A stretch of 64,000 nucleotides of DNA from Lawsonibacter sp. (GCA_022795855.1 JAAWHL010000001.1:12478-76477), one strand, 5' to 3'. Shown: positions 7,300-20,341, counted from the stretch's first letter. A program made the numbers and translations. The notes: generated by a model from the sequence alone, not told the origin.

Positions 7300-7986
7300 A
7301 TGGCCCTGTACGCCATTGGAGACACCCATCTCTCCCTGGGCTCGGACAAGCCCATGGACGTGTTCGGCGGAGGCTGGAGCGGCTACGTGGACAAGCTGAG
7401 GGAGGGGTTTGCCTCTCTGACCGGGGAGGATACGGTGGTGCTGTGCGGCGACCTGTCCTGGGGGATGAGCCTGGAGGAGGCCAGGGCGGATTTTGCCTTT
7501 TTGGACGCCCTTCCGGGGCGCAAGCTGCTGCTGAAGGGAAACCATGACTACTGGTGGACCACAGCGTCCAAAATGAAGCGGTTTTTCGCGGACAACGGCT
7601 GGAACACCCTGGAGCTGCTCCACAACAACTGTCATTTCTACGGCGAAACGGCCCTGTGCGGAACCCGGGGCTGGTTTTATGAGGAGGACCGGGGGGAGCA
7701 CAGCGCCAAGATTTTCAACCGGGAGCTGATTCGCCTGGAGGCCTCCCTGAAGGCGGCGGGGGAGCGGGAGAAGCTGTGTTTCCTCCACTACCCGCCCCTC
7801 TACCAGGGGTACTGCTGCCGGGAAATTGTCGCCCTGCTGGAGCGGTACGGCGTGACGCGCTGCTTCTACGGCCACCTCCACGGGGGGAGCCACCGTCTGG
7901 CGGTCTGCGGCCGCCGGGGCGCGGTGGACTACCGGCTGATTTCCGCCGACTATCTCCGCTTCCGTCCGGAAAAAATCATGGGTTAA
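7300..7986 (+). CDS. Calcineurin-like metallophosphoesterase
   Basis: DTH, GDLS, GNHDYW, HYPP and GHLH motifs. Confidence 0.9.
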   Translation: MALYAIGDTHLSLGSDKPMDVFGGGWSGYVDKLREGFASLTGEDTVVLCGDLSWGMSLEEARADFAFLDALPGRKLLLKGNHDYWWTTASKMKRFFADNGWNTLELLHNNCHFYGETALCGTRGWFYEEDRGEHSAKIFNRELIRLEASLKAAGEREKLCFLHYPPLYQGYCCREIVALLERYGVTRCFYGHLHGGSHRLAVCGRRGAVDYRLISADYLRFRPEKIMG

Positions 7987-8100
7987 CGCAAAAAAGGTCT
8001 AGTCAAAAGCATTGATATCTGTTACAATATGAAGTCGCAAGTATAACGGCGCAGTGGCTGCCATCCGGTGGAGCACAGCGCCCACAGGAGGAAAAGTTAC

Positions 8101-9525
8101 ATGAAGGTCACCAACGTCGAAAAGAAAGAAAACAGCACCGTCGAGCTGACCATCCAGGTGGATGCCCAGGATTTTGAGGCCGCTGTTCAGAAGGCCTATT
8201 TGAAAAACCGCTCCAAAATCGCGGTGCCCGGCTTCCGCAAGGGAAAGGCGCCCCGGAAAATCATTGAGGGGATGTACGGATCCGGCGTGTTTTATGAGGA
8301 TGCCGTCAACGCCGTCTACCCCGGCGCCTACGAGGAGGCCGTGAAGGAGCAGGACCTGGACGATGTGGGTTACCCCAAGATGGAAATCGTGGAGGTGGGC
8401 AAGGAGCAGGGCCTGGTGTTCAAGGCTCTGGTCTCCGTGCGCCCCACCGCCGTTCTGGGGGAGTACAAGGGCCTGACCGCCCCCAAGGAAGAGCCCCAGG
8501 TCACCGACGAGGATATTGAGGGCGAGCTGCAGCCCTACATCACCCGGGCCACCCGCCTGGTCAGCGTGGAGCGGGAAATCCGGACCGGCGATACCGCCGT
8601 CATCGACTTTGAGGGCCTGGACAACGGCGTTCCCTTTGACGGCGGCAAGGGGGAGAACTACAGCCTGGAGATTGGCTCAGGCTCCTTTGTCCCCGGCTTT
8701 GAGGAGCAGCTGGTGGGCCTGAAGGCGGGGGAAAAGAAGGATCTGGACATCACCTTCCCGGAAAACTACGTCCCCGAGCTGGCCGGAAAGGCCGTGGTCT
8801 TCAAGGTGGAGGTCAAGGAAGTCAAGGAGTCCCAGGCCCCCGTGGTGGACGACGAGTTCGCCAAGGACGTGTCCGAGTTTGAGACCCTGGAGGCCCTGAA
8901 GAAGGATTTGGGCGAAAAGCTGCTTCAGCGCCGCCGGGAGCAGGCCCAGAACGACTTTGAGAACGCCATCATGGAGCAGCTGGTGGACAACATGACCGTG
9001 GAGATTCCCGACGGCATGGTGGAGAGCCAGCTGGACAAGGTGATGGACGAATTCAATATGCGTCTGTCCGGCCAGGGCATCAGCATGGAGAACTATGTGT
9101 CCATGATGGGCGGCAGCGTGGAGTCCCTGCGGGCCTCCGCCCGTCCCACCGCCCTGCGCCAGGTGCAGGTGGAGCTGGCCATGACCGCTGTGGCCGAGGC
9201 GGAGAACATCCAGGTTGCCGACGAGGAAATTGCCGCCGAGCAGCAGAAGCTGGCCGAGCAGTACAAGATTGAGGTGGAGCAGGTGAAGGCCGCCGTACCC
9301 GAGGCCGACCTGCGCCGGGACCTGCGTCTGCGCAAGGCCTCCGAGCTGGTGATGGCCGAGGCCAAGGTGGGCGAGGCGCCCGTGAAGGAAGAAAAGGAAG
9401 AAGAGGAAAAGCCCAAGAGAACCGCCCGCAAAAAGAAGGCGGAGACCGAAGAGGGTGAGGAGACCTCTGCTGAAAAGCCCAAGCGCACCCGCAGGAAGAA
9501 GACCGAGGAGCCCAAGGCCGAGTAA
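8101..9525 (+). CDS. tig: Trigger factor with charged C-terminal tail
   Basis: [13 protein letters not shown] domain (FVPGFEEQL); AGGAGG RBS before ATG 8101. Confidence 0.95.
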   Translation: MKVTNVEKKENSTVELTIQVDAQDFEAAVQKAYLKNRSKIAVPGFRKGKAPRKIIEGMYGSGVFYEDAVNAVYPGAYEEAVKEQDLDDVGYPKMEIVEVGKEQGLVFKALVSVRPTAVLGEYKGLTAPKEEPQVTDEDIEGELQPYITRATRLVSVEREIRTGDTAVIDFEGLDNGVPFDGGKGENYSLEIGSGSFVPGFEEQLVGLKAGEKKDLDITFPENYVPELAGKAVVFKVEVKEVKESQAPVVDDEFAKDVSEFETLEALKKDLGEKLLQRRREQAQNDFENAIMEQLVDNMTVEIPDGMVESQLDKVMDEFNMRLSGQGISMENYVSMMGGSVESLRASARPTALRQVQVELAMTAVAEAENIQVADEEIAAEQQKLAEQYKIEVEQVKAAVPEADLRRDLRLRKASELVMAEAKVGEAPVKEEKEEEEKPKRTARKKKAETEEGEETSAEKPKRTRRKKTEEPKAE

Positions 9526-9535
9526 AGAACCAATC

Positions 9536-9570
9536 GTGTCCCGGGGCGGATCCGTCCGCCCCGGGCACAC
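9536..9570 (+). terminator. GC-rich hairpin after tig
   Basis: GTGTCCCGGGGCGGA / TCCGCCCCGGGCACAC; weak U-tract. Confidence 0.45.
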
Positions 9571-9680
9571 GCGCATTATCTGATTGGAATCATTTTCCGG
9601 CGGGATGGGTATACTCTACAGGAAATTTGTGGGCTGTCTGCCGGAATTCCATCGCCATTCAGCCAAAAGGAGTTATTGTT

Positions 9681-10262
9681 ATGAGCTTAGTCCCCTATGT
9701 AGTTGAGCAGACCAACCGCGGCGAGCGGTCCTACGACATCTTCTCCCGCCTGCTCAACGACCGCATCATCTTCCTGTCCGAGGAGGTCAACGACACCACC
9801 GCCTCTTTGGTGGTGGCCCAGCTGCTCTACCTGGAGGCCCAGGACCCGGACAAGGAGATTCAGTTCTACATCAACAGCCCCGGCGGCTCGGTCACCGCGG
9901 GTATGGCGATTTACGACACCATGCAGTATGTCAAGTGCGACGTGTCCACCATCTGCATCGGTATGGCGGCTTCTATGGGCGCTTTCCTGCTGGCCGCCGG
10001 CGCAAAGGGCAGGCGGCTTGCCCTGCCGAACGCTGAGATTATGATTCACCAGCCCTCTGCCGGCACCCAGGGGCAGATTACCGATATGGCCATCCACCTC
10101 AAACGCCTGGAGGTCATCAAAAAGCGGATGAACCGCATTCTGGCCGACAACACCGGCCGCCCCATCGAGGAAGTCACCGCCGACTGCGAGCGGGACAACT
10201 TCATGTCCGCCCGGGAGGCCCTGGAGTACGGTCTGATTGACAAGGTGATCGAGAAGCGCTGA
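9681..10262 (+). CDS. clpP: Clp protease proteolytic subunit
   Basis: [24 protein letters not shown]. Confidence 0.97.
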   Translation: MSLVPYVVEQTNRGERSYDIFSRLLNDRIIFLSEEVNDTTASLVVAQLLYLEAQDPDKEIQFYINSPGGSVTAGMAIYDTMQYVKCDVSTICIGMAASMGAFLLAAGAKGRRLALPNAEIMIHQPSAGTQGQITDMAIHLKRLEVIKKRMNRILADNTGRPIEEVTADCERDNFMSAREALEYGLIDKVIEKR

Positions 10263-10307
10263 ACCGGCTTTGACCGTTACCTGAATTGAGCTGAGGTAGA
10301 AAGATTT

Positions 10308-11621
10308 ATGGCAAGAAATGATGAAAAAAAGTTGGTCCGATGCTCCTTCTGCGGCAAGCATCAGGATCAGGTCCAGCGGCTGATTGCCGGTCCCGGGGCC
10401 TATATCTGCAACGAGTGTGTCCAGCTGTGCATGGGCATCCTCAGCGACAGCATCGACGCGCAGGAGGACTATGACGCCCTGGTCCCCGATGAGATTCCCA
10501 CGCCCAAGGAGATACACGCCTTTCTCGACCAGTATATCATTGGCCAGCAGGAGGCGAAAATCGCCCTGTCGGTGGCGGTGTACAACCACTATAAGCGCAT
10601 TTACTTCGGCGGCGCGGAGGATGTGGAGCTGCAAAAGAGCAACATTTTGCTGATGGGCCCCACCGGCTGCGGCAAAACTCTGTTTGCCCAGACCCTGGCC
10701 CGCATTCTGAAGGTCCCCTTTGCCATTGCAGACGCCACCACCCTGACCGAGGCCGGCTACGTGGGCGACGACGTGGAGAATATTCTCCTGCGCCTGGTGC
10801 AGGCGGCGGACTACGACATTGAGCTGGCCGAGCGGGGAATCATCTATATTGACGAGATGGATAAGATTGCCCGTAAGAGCGAGAACACCTCCATCACCCG
10901 GGACGTGTCCGGCGAGGGCGTTCAGCAGGCCCTGCTGAAGATTCTGGAGGGCACCGTGGCCAACGTCCCCCCCCAGGGCGGACGGAAGCACCCCCACCAG
11001 GAGTTTATTCAGATTGACACCAAGAACATTCTGTTCATCTGCGGCGGCGCCTTCGACGGCATTGACAAAATTATTGAGCACCGCCTGGACAAGCGGGCCA
11101 TGGGCTTCGGCGCCCAGGTGCAGAGCCGGAAGGAACGGAATGTGGGCCAGCTGCTGAAGGACATCCAGCCCCAGGATTTGCTGAAATTCGGCATCATTCC
11201 GGAGCTGGTGGGCCGTCTGCCTGTCATTACCACCCTCCAGTCCTTGGACAAGGAGCAGATGGTTCAGATTTTGACCGAGCCCAAAAACGCCCTGGTCAAG
11301 CAGTACCGGAAGCTGCTGGCCTACGACGAGGTGGAGCTGGAGTTCACCCCGGAGGCGCTGGAAGCGGTGGCCGACCGGGCGGTGGCCCGGGAGATTGGCG
11401 CCCGTGGCCTGCGCGCCATTCTGGAGGAGGTCATGAACCAGATTATGTATGACATCCCCTCCGACCCCACCATCGTCCAGGTTACCATTACCCCCGAGTG
11501 TGTGGAGCATTCCGATCTGCCCCTGCTGAAACGCGACCCGGAGCGCCTGCAGCGGCCCCGCTTGGGCAAGGCTGCCCTGCGCGACGCGCGTGACCACAGG
11601 CCCAGCAGCAACGCGGGCTGA
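10308..11621 (+). CDS. clpX: Clp protease ATP-binding subunit ClpX
   Basis: CSFC zinc finger, [23 protein letters not shown]. Confidence 0.97.
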   Translation: MARNDEKKLVRCSFCGKHQDQVQRLIAGPGAYICNECVQLCMGILSDSIDAQEDYDALVPDEIPTPKEIHAFLDQYIIGQQEAKIALSVAVYNHYKRIYFGGAEDVELQKSNILLMGPTGCGKTLFAQTLARILKVPFAIADATTLTEAGYVGDDVENILLRLVQAADYDIELAERGIIYIDEMDKIARKSENTSITRDVSGEGVQQALLKILEGTVANVPPQGGRKHPHQEFIQIDTKNILFICGGAFDGIDKIIEHRLDKRAMGFGAQVQSRKERNVGQLLKDIQPQDLLKFGIIPELVGRLPVITTLQSLDKEQMVQILTEPKNALVKQYRKLLAYDEVELEFTPEALEAVADRAVAREIGARGLRAILEEVMNQIMYDIPSDPTIVQVTITPECVEHSDLPLLKRDPERLQRPRLGKAALRDARDHRPSSNAG

Positions 11622-11722
11622 TATGCAGCCGTCCCTTGGACCTATCGCCTCCCCCGGCTGTCCGCCGGGGGCTGACAGCGGGTAGGGACGGTTTTGTTTT
11701 CCCGAAAGGAGGAAACGAATTC

Positions 11723-14149
<2,427 letters not shown>

Positions 14150-14162
14150 GGGGGCGGGGAGC

Positions 14163-14756
14163 ATGGCGGTCAATCTGCAAAACGCGGAGTTTATCCTCTC
14201 CGCCGCCTCGCCCCGGGATTTTCTGCGGGACAGCCTGCCTCAGGCAGCCTTCTCCGGACGCTCCAATGTGGGAAAATCCTCGGTTATCAACCGCCTGCTG
14301 GGCCGGAAAAATCTGGCCCGGGTGGGGGCGGCGCCGGGAAAAACCACACATATCAACTATTTCAAAATTGACGGCGCCTTCTATCTGGTGGACCTGCCGG
14401 GCTATGGCTACGCCAAGGTCTCCAAGGCGGAACGGGACCGGTGGAGCCGCCTGATGGAGTGCTATTTCGCCGACCGGGCGCTGATGACCCTGGGCGTGAT
14501 GATTGTGGATGCCCGTCACAAGCCCACGGCGGACGACTGTACCATGGCCCAGTGGTATCAGAACGCCGGATGTCCCTTTTTTGTGGTGGCCAATAAGCTG
14601 GATAAGCTGAAAAAAAGCGAGATTCAGCCCAACCTCCAGCGCATTCGGGATACCCTGGAGCTGGATGAGACGGTCCGTCTGATTCCCTTCTCCGCGGAGA
14701 AGGGGGAGGGGAGAGCGGAGCTGCTCCAGGCCCTGCTCTCCGGCATTCAGGAGTAG
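14163..14756 (+). CDS. engB: GTP-binding protein YihA/YsxC
   Basis: GRSNVGKSS, PGKT, DLPGYG, NKLDK. Confidence 0.95.
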   Translation: MAVNLQNAEFILSAASPRDFLRDSLPQAAFSGRSNVGKSSVINRLLGRKNLARVGAAPGKTTHINYFKIDGAFYLVDLPGYGYAKVSKAERDRWSRLMECYFADRALMTLGVMIVDARHKPTADDCTMAQWYQNAGCPFFVVANKLDKLKKSEIQPNLQRIRDTLELDETVRLIPFSAEKGEGRAELLQALLSGIQE

Positions 14757-14759
14757 CCG

Positions 14760-14794
14760 CGTCCCGCGCCGTACTGCCGGCGCGGGACGTTTTC
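14760..14794 (+). terminator. Intrinsic terminator after engB
   Basis: CGTCCCGCGCCG / CGGCGCGGGACG followed by TTTT. Confidence 0.7.
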
Positions 14795-14869
14795 CGTGTA
14801 AAAAAGAAAAGGCCCTTTTCATCGGATGGAATTCGTGCTAAAATAGCACGGGGAAAGGCGGGGGGCGTT

Positions 14870-15391
14870 GTGATTATTTTGGGGATTGACCCCGGCGTGG
14901 CCACCATCGGCTTTGGGATGATTCGGGCCCGGAGGCAGAAAAATGATTTGCTCCGATACGGCGTGATTACCACGCCGCCGCGGATTCCGCTCTCCAACCG
15001 CCTGCTGCAAATCTCCAACGACATGGAGGAGCTGATACGCGCCTTTCACCCGGACGAGATGGCGGTAGAGGAGCTGTTTTTTACGAAAAACATTACCACC
15101 GGCATCTCTGTGGCCCACGGCAGGGGGGTCATCCTCCTTTCGGCAGAACGGCTGGGGGTTCCGGTTTTTGAGTATACCCCTATGCAGGTCAAGCAGGCGG
15201 TGGCGGGCTACGGCGGGGCGGACAAGCGCCAGGTTATGCTGATGACCCAGCGGCTGCTTGGAATGAAGGAAATTCCCCGTCCGGACGACGCTGCGGACGC
15301 GCTGGCGATTGCCATCTGCCACGCCCGGTCGGCCACCAGCCTTCTGAACACGGAGCGGGTCTTTGACCCGGAGAAATACGACACACGATGA
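14870..15391 (+). CDS. ruvC: Holliday junction resolvase RuvC
   Basis: ILGIDPG, VEELFF, DDAADALAIAICH. Confidence 0.95.
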   Translation: MIILGIDPGVATIGFGMIRARRQKNDLLRYGVITTPPRIPLSNRLLQISNDMEELIRAFHPDEMAVEELFFTKNITTGISVAHGRGVILLSAERLGVPVFEYTPMQVKQAVAGYGGADKRQVMLMTQRLLGMKEIPRPDDAADALAIAICHARSATSLLNTERVFDPEKYDTR

Positions 15392-15424
15392 CGGCCTGTG
15401 CGCCGGGACAAGGGGGGAGCCTGA

Positions 15425-16033
15425 TTGTTTTACTATCTGAACGGAACCGTGGCCCATGTGGAGCCCTATCTGGCCGTGATTGACTGCGGCGGGGTTGGGT
15501 ACGCCTGCCGCACCACCAGCTACACCCTCTCCGCGCTGAAAAAAGGTGACAAGGGAAAACTCTTTACACACCTGAATGTCCGGGAGGATGCGGCAGAACT
15601 GTACGGCTTTGCCACGGCGGAGGAGCTGCGGCTCTTTCAGCAGCTGATTTCTGTGTCCGGCGTGGGGCCGAAAGCGGCCCTGTCCATCCTCTCGGCCAGC
15701 ACCCCGGCCAATCTCGCCCTGAGCATTATCACCGGGGACGAGAAGGCTCTGACCTGCGCCCAGGGAATCGGGAAAAAAATTGCCCAGCGGGTGATCCTGG
15801 AGCTGAAGGACAAGCTGGCCAAGGGCCAGACCGTCAGCTCGGCAGGGGAGAGCTACGGCGGAACCGGCGTGACCATCATCCCGGAGAACAAGCTGTCGGA
15901 GGCCTCCGCCGCGCTGGCCGTGCTGGGGTACTCCCAGGGCGAGATTAACGCGGCCCTGAAGGGCGTGGACCTGGACAGGCTGACTCTGGAGCAGGTTATC
16001 AAGCAGGCCCTGAAAAAAATGGTGAAGGGATAG
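15425..16033 (+). CDS. ruvA: Holliday junction helicase subunit RuvA
   Basis: LISVSGVGPKAAL, GIGKKIAQRVILEL. Confidence 0.95.
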   Translation: MFYYLNGTVAHVEPYLAVIDCGGVGYACRTTSYTLSALKKGDKGKLFTHLNVREDAAELYGFATAEELRLFQQLISVSGVGPKAALSILSASTPANLALSIITGDEKALTCAQGIGKKIAQRVILELKDKLAKGQTVSSAGESYGGTGVTIIPENKLSEASAALAVLGYSQGEINAALKGVDLDRLTLEQVIKQALKKMVKG

Positions 16034-16040
16034 GCCGAAA

Positions 16041-16691
16041 ATGAGCAGATTAGAAGAGCGGGCCGGGAAAAGCACCCCGGAGGAGCTGCCCGGCCCTGCG
16101 GGCTGGAACGCCATTGACGCCGCCTTTGGCAGGCTGTACCCTGGCCAGGACAACCCTGTCCACTTCGGCTGCCTGATCCCCTGGCGGCTTGGCGGGCCGG
16201 ACCCCCTCCAGGGCGTCAGCGTCTACGACGGAGGGGATTATTTCCACTTTGTCACCTACGGCCTGTCCGACCTGTATGAGAAGGAGGGGTCCGACCCGGA
16301 GTACAGCGGCTACGGCCTGGAGTTTACCCTGAAGCTGCGCAAGGAGGGGTTGGGAGAGGAGATGCCTGAGCTGCAGTGCATTGTACGCATCCTCAACGAC
16401 CTGGCGCGGCTGACCTTTGAGAAAGGGGAGCAGTTCTTCCCCGACGAGTATATCTATACCGGCCAGGAGCTGGGCTTCGACGTCAATCAGCGCTCCAGAC
16501 TCACCGGCTTTATCACCGCCCTGGACGAGGCGGGCACCATTCAGACCCCCAACGGCAAAGTGGACTTTGTCAAGCTCATCGGCGCCTCCGACGCCGAGCT
16601 GAGGGCTGTCATGGACAAGAAGCTCCGGGTGCAGGAGCTGGCAGAGAGAATCGGCGACCTGACCGACTACACCCGGGAGAGTGTGATATAG
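16041..16691 (+). CDS. Bacterial Suppressor-of-fused (SUFU) domain protein
   Basis: PGWNAID, GGPDPLQGVS, HFVTYGLSDLY, SGYGLEFT, TPNGKV.F. Confidence 0.85.
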   Translation: MSRLEERAGKSTPEELPGPAGWNAIDAAFGRLYPGQDNPVHFGCLIPWRLGGPDPLQGVSVYDGGDYFHFVTYGLSDLYEKEGSDPEYSGYGLEFTLKLRKEGLGEEMPELQCIVRILNDLARLTFEKGEQFFPDEYIYTGQELGFDVNQRSRLTGFITALDEAGTIQTPNGKVDFVKLIGASDAELRAVMDKKLRVQELAERIGDLTDYTRESVI

Positions 16692-16699
16692 GAGGAACG

Positions 16700-17032
16700 A
16701 TGGCAAAATTTGAATGTACCCTTCAGGGGGATTACGACCAGGCGCTGCGCTATTTCCACGACGGCATCCTGAAGGGGAGCATGTCCGCCAGCTTTGAGGA
16801 CGAGAGCTATTTCCAGTCCTTCGGGGTGCGCTGCACCGTCCGGGTCTATGAGCGGTACAGCGTCGCCGGCAGCAACCGGGTGTCCCTGACGCTCACACTG
16901 GTGGGAGACGAGGAGAAGCTGTTTCTCTCCGGCATCACCGCCGGCGGCAGCCAGGCCGTGCTGTTCAAAATCAACACCTGGGGCGAGGAGGCGTTTTTAG
17001 ACTGCCTGCGGGATCTGGCCCGGCAATGGTGA
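16700..17032 (+). CDS. Conserved hypothetical protein (DUF6054-like)
   Basis: AGGAGG RBS; VYERYS..GSNRVSL, GGSQA..FKINTWGE motif recalled from DUF6054. Confidence 0.7.
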   Translation: MAKFECTLQGDYDQALRYFHDGILKGSMSASFEDESYFQSFGVRCTVRVYERYSVAGSNRVSLTLTLVGDEEKLFLSGITAGGSQAVLFKINTWGEEAFLDCLRDLARQW

Positions 17033-17160
17033 TTTTCAAAAGGCGGCCCCGCGGTGCGCCGAATGGCCGGAGTTCAAGAATCCGGAACACAGCGCGGCGG
17101 GAAAAGGCCTGCCCCGGCGCGCGTTTTGAGGCTGTGAATACGTGAGAAGGACGTGAACAT

Positions 17161-18231
17161 TTGAGCATTGATTTTTCCGGCGCCGGACTGGACGCTGAGG
17201 AGCTGGAACCCCTGGTCACCACCTCGCTGACGCGGGAGGACGAGGGGGAGTACTCTCTGCGCCCCAAGCTGCTGAAGGAGTACATCGGGCAGGAGAAGGC
17301 CAAGGGCAATCTGGAGGTCTTCATCCAGGCCGCCAAAATGCGGAAGGAGCCCCTGGACCACGTGCTGCTCCACGGGCCTCCGGGACTGGGCAAAACCACC
17401 CTCAGCGGCATCATAGCCAACGAGATGGGGGTCAATGTGCGCATCACCTCCGGCCCCGCCATCGAGAAGGCCGGGGATTTGGCTGCGCTGCTGACCAATC
17501 TGAACGAAAACGACATTCTCTTCGTGGATGAGATTCACCGGCTGAACCGGTCAGTGGAGGAGATTTTGTATCCCGCCATGGAGGACTACGCCATTGATAT
17601 CATGATCGGCAAGGGCCCCTCCGCCAACTCCATCCGTCTGGACCTGCCTAAATTCACCCTGATTGGGGCGACCACCCGGGCAGGGCAGCTGTCCGCCCCC
17701 CTGCGGGACCGTTTCGGCGTCACCCTGCGGCTGGAGCTGTACACCCCGGAGGAGCTGTCCATGATTGTAACTCGCTCCGCCGGCATTCTGGAGGTGCCCA
17801 TTGAAGGGGAGGGGTCGATGGAAATCGCCCGGCGCAGCCGGGGCACCCCCCGTATTGCCAACCGGATGCTCCGCCGTGTGCGGGATTTCGCACAGGTGCG
17901 GGCCGGAGGCGTGATTACCAGAAAGGTGGCCGACGAGGCTTTGACCGCCCTGGAAATCGACCGCCTGGGCTTGGACGCCATCGACCACCGGATGCTGCAC
18001 AGCATCATTGAAAACTACCGGGGCGGCCCTGTGGGGCTGGAAACCCTGGCCGCCACCATCAACGAGGAGTCTGTGACCCTGGAGGACGTGTATGAGCCCT
18101 ATCTGATGCAGCTGGGATTTCTCACCCGCACGCCCCGGGGGCGGTGCGCCACCGCCAGAGCCTATCAGCATCTGGGGCTGGCTGTTCCGGGCGGCGCAGG
18201 GGAGAGCGGACTGGAGCAGCTGAGCTTTTAG
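17161..18231 (+). CDS. ruvB: Holliday junction helicase RuvB
   Basis: [28 protein letters not shown]. Confidence 0.97.
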   Translation: MSIDFSGAGLDAEELEPLVTTSLTREDEGEYSLRPKLLKEYIGQEKAKGNLEVFIQAAKMRKEPLDHVLLHGPPGLGKTTLSGIIANEMGVNVRITSGPAIEKAGDLAALLTNLNENDILFVDEIHRLNRSVEEILYPAMEDYAIDIMIGKGPSANSIRLDLPKFTLIGATTRAGQLSAPLRDRFGVTLRLELYTPEELSMIVTRSAGILEVPIEGEGSMEIARRSRGTPRIANRMLRRVRDFAQVRAGGVITRKVADEALTALEIDRLGLDAIDHRMLHSIIENYRGGPVGLETLAATINEESVTLEDVYEPYLMQLGFLTRTPRGRCATARAYQHLGLAVPGGAGESGLEQLSF

Positions 18232-18369
18232 CGTCATGTCCAGTGCGGAATACGGGGCCTAAAAAACAAACTTTTTTCTGCCTCAAAAGGCATATTTGGT
18301 GAAATACAGGATATTTTGCAAATTTTGTCAAGAATATGGACGATATCACAAAATAATTCTGAAAAACCC

Positions 18370-18398
18370 TTGACAAATCCGTTTATTTTGTTTATTAT
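18370..18398 (+). promoter_or_regulatory. Sigma-A promoter of the sigH-like gene
   Basis: TTGACA-17 bp-TATTAT. Confidence 0.65.
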
Positions 18399-18414
18399 GT
18401 ATAGGAGCCGTAAT

Positions 18415-19035
18415 ATGTGTACTGTCCAGGCTGATTTCCACCGCCTCAGCGACGAGGCTCTGTGCCAGCTGGCGTCCTCCGGCCGCCCCCAGGCGGAGGA
18501 GGAGCTTGTCCGGCGCTACGGCCGTGTGGTCCGCATCTTTGCCCGGCCGCTGTTTTTGGCCGGGGGGGACAGCGAGGACCTGATTCAGGAAGGAATGCTG
18601 GGTCTGCTCACCGCAATTCGCGGGTTTGACCCTGAAAAGGCCGCTTCCTTCCACACCTACGCCGAAATCTGCATCCGCAGCAGGCTGGTCACCGCCGTCC
18701 GCGCGGCCCAGCGGGATAAACACCTTCCTCTGAATCACAGCATCTCTTTTGAAACCCCTCTTTTTGACGGAACCAGTGCCCATCTGTTCTCCAGCGAAGA
18801 GAGCCCCGAAGACGTGGTGATTGGCAGAGAAGAGCTGCAAGAGCGGCTGAACGCTCTGAAGGGCCAGCTATCCGGTTTTGAATCGGAGATCCTGTCCTAT
18901 TACCTGGGCGGTCTGTCCTGTGCCGAGATCGCCGGGCGGATTGGCCGGACTGCAAAGTCTGTAGACAATGCGGTCCAGCGCATCCGCAGGAAAATGGCAC
19001 GGCAACTTTCTACCGGCGAATCCAGCGAGAGCTGA
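18415..19035 (+). CDS. sigH: Sigma-H-like RNA polymerase sigma factor
   Basis: DSEDLIQEGMLGL, RDKHLPLN, KSVDNAVQRIRRK. Confidence 0.85.
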   Translation: MCTVQADFHRLSDEALCQLASSGRPQAEEELVRRYGRVVRIFARPLFLAGGDSEDLIQEGMLGLLTAIRGFDPEKAASFHTYAEICIRSRLVTAVRAAQRDKHLPLNHSISFETPLFDGTSAHLFSSEESPEDVVIGREELQERLNALKGQLSGFESEILSYYLGGLSCAEIAGRIGRTAKSVDNAVQRIRRKMARQLSTGESSES

Positions 19036-19093
19036 TCGCAAATATTAACTGCCCATGTTCTATGGGCCACAAGTCAAAGAGAGGGAAATACCA

Positions 19094-19372
19094 ATGTACG
19101 AAGACAAGATCCTGGTATGCAAAGAGTGCGGCAATGAGTTCACCTTCACTGCCGGCGAGCAGGAGTTCTACGCTGAGCGCGGATTCCAGAACGAGCCCCA
19201 GCGCTGCAAGGCCTGCCGCGACGCCCGCAAGAACGCCGCCCGCGGCCCCCGTGAGTACTTCACTGCCGTGTGCGCTGCCTGCGGCGGCGAGGCTAAGGTT
19301 CCTTTCGAGCCCAAGTCTGACCGTCCCGTCTACTGCAGCGACTGCTTCGCCCGTATGCGCGAGCAGGGCTGA
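19094..19372 (+). CDS. Double zinc-ribbon protein (CxxC-x17-CxxC family)
   Basis: CKEC..EQEFY..P.RC..CR and CAAC..VPF.P..RPVYCSDC; strongly biased codons. Confidence 0.9.
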   Translation: MYEDKILVCKECGNEFTFTAGEQEFYAERGFQNEPQRCKACRDARKNAARGPREYFTAVCAACGGEAKVPFEPKSDRPVYCSDCFARMREQG

Positions 19373-19386
19373 TTAAAACTGCCAGG

Positions 19387-19417
19387 AAAGGGCCGCCCCA
19401 TTGGGGGCGGCCCTTTT
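19387..19417 (+). terminator. Intrinsic terminator
   Basis: AAAGGGCCGCCCC / GGGGCGGCCCTTT followed by T. Confidence 0.8.
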
Positions 19418-19440
19418 CAGCCTGCGCTCGGGTCCAGACC

Positions 19441-19517
19441 GGGCCTTGTTTGAACAATGGAAGCATGGCAGCAAAAAAACTGCTGTTTGGGCGCATGGAC
19501 AAGTTTCAAACGGGCCC
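19441..19517. repeat. Short degenerate element with MITE-like termini
   Basis: GGGCCTTGTTTGAA ... TTCAAACGGGCCC resembles the TIRs of the 40439 and 25159 elements. Confidence 0.4.
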
Positions 19518-19573
19518 TGTGCTTCTTTTGAACTCACCTGACCATACTGCCGTACCTTTTTGCAGATTCATGG

Positions 19574-19602
19574 TTGTAATGCCGCCTGAAATCTGATATA
19601 AT
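19574..19602 (+). promoter_or_regulatory. Sigma-A promoter of the site-2 protease/scpAB operon
   Basis: TTGTAA-17 bp-TATAAT; implies the true start is TTG 19644, not ATG 19605. Confidence 0.65.
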
Positions 19603-19643
19603 TTATGGAATCAAACTTTTTCTTCCGGAAAGGACGGCATATC

Positions 19644-20330
19644 TTGGGCACCATTCAATCGTTCCTTGACCACATGGACTGGCTTCAGCTTGTCGTTCTG
19701 CTGATGGGCGCTCTGGCCAGCCTGATTTGCCTTACCGTACACGAGCTTTGCCACGGCCTGGCCGCTTACCGCCTGGGAGACCCCACCGCCAAGCTCAACG
19801 GCCGGCTGACCTTGAACCCCCTGGTCCATATTGACCTGATGGGGCTGTTTCTTATGCTGATGGTCCGGGTAGGCTGGGCGAAGCCGGTTCCGGTGAATAT
19901 GTCCAATTTCAAAAAGCCCAAGCGGGATATGGCCTTGACCGCGCTGGCCGGCCCGGCATCCAACTTTCTACTGGCGGCGCTGGCCCTGGCCGTATGTTCC
20001 ATCCTTTACCGCCGCTGTCCGGACGGAAGGGTACGTGCGTATGCCCTGCTGTTTTTCAGCTATCTGGCCGTGCTCAGCGTGGGCCTTGGCCTCTTTAATC
20101 TGATTCCCATCCCGCCGCTGGACGGTTCCAAGGTGCTGTTTTCTCTGCTGCCCGACCGGGCGTACCGGTTTATCCTGCGCTATGAACGGTTTTTGATTGC
20201 GGCAGTGGTGCTGATGGCCTGGTCCGGGCTGTTCGGCGGCCCGCTGAGCGCCGCCATGGAGGCGGTGGTCCGGCTGCTGTGCGCCCTGACCGGGTTTCCC
20301 TTTGCAATTCCCCAGTATTATTTCTTCTAG
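19644..20330 (+). CDS. Site-2 protease (peptidase M50)
   Basis: HELCH, LAGPASN, NLIPIPPLDG. Confidence 0.92.
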   Translation: MGTIQSFLDHMDWLQLVVLLMGALASLICLTVHELCHGLAAYRLGDPTAKLNGRLTLNPLVHIDLMGLFLMLMVRVGWAKPVPVNMSNFKKPKRDMALTALAGPASNFLLAALALAVCSILYRRCPDGRVRAYALLFFSYLAVLSVGLGLFNLIPIPPLDGSKVLFSLLPDRAYRFILRYERFLIAAVVLMAWSGLFGGPLSAAMEAVVRLLCALTGFPFAIPQYYFF

Positions 20331-20341
20331 GAGATGAGCGT

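Noticed and set aside
9687-11597. 636-aa antisense ORF over clpP/clpX, and similar long ORFs opposite thrC, lon, priA, cdaR and the Sel1 gene
   Set aside because: Shadow ORFs produced by high GC3 codon bias on the opposite strand; no RBS or domains.
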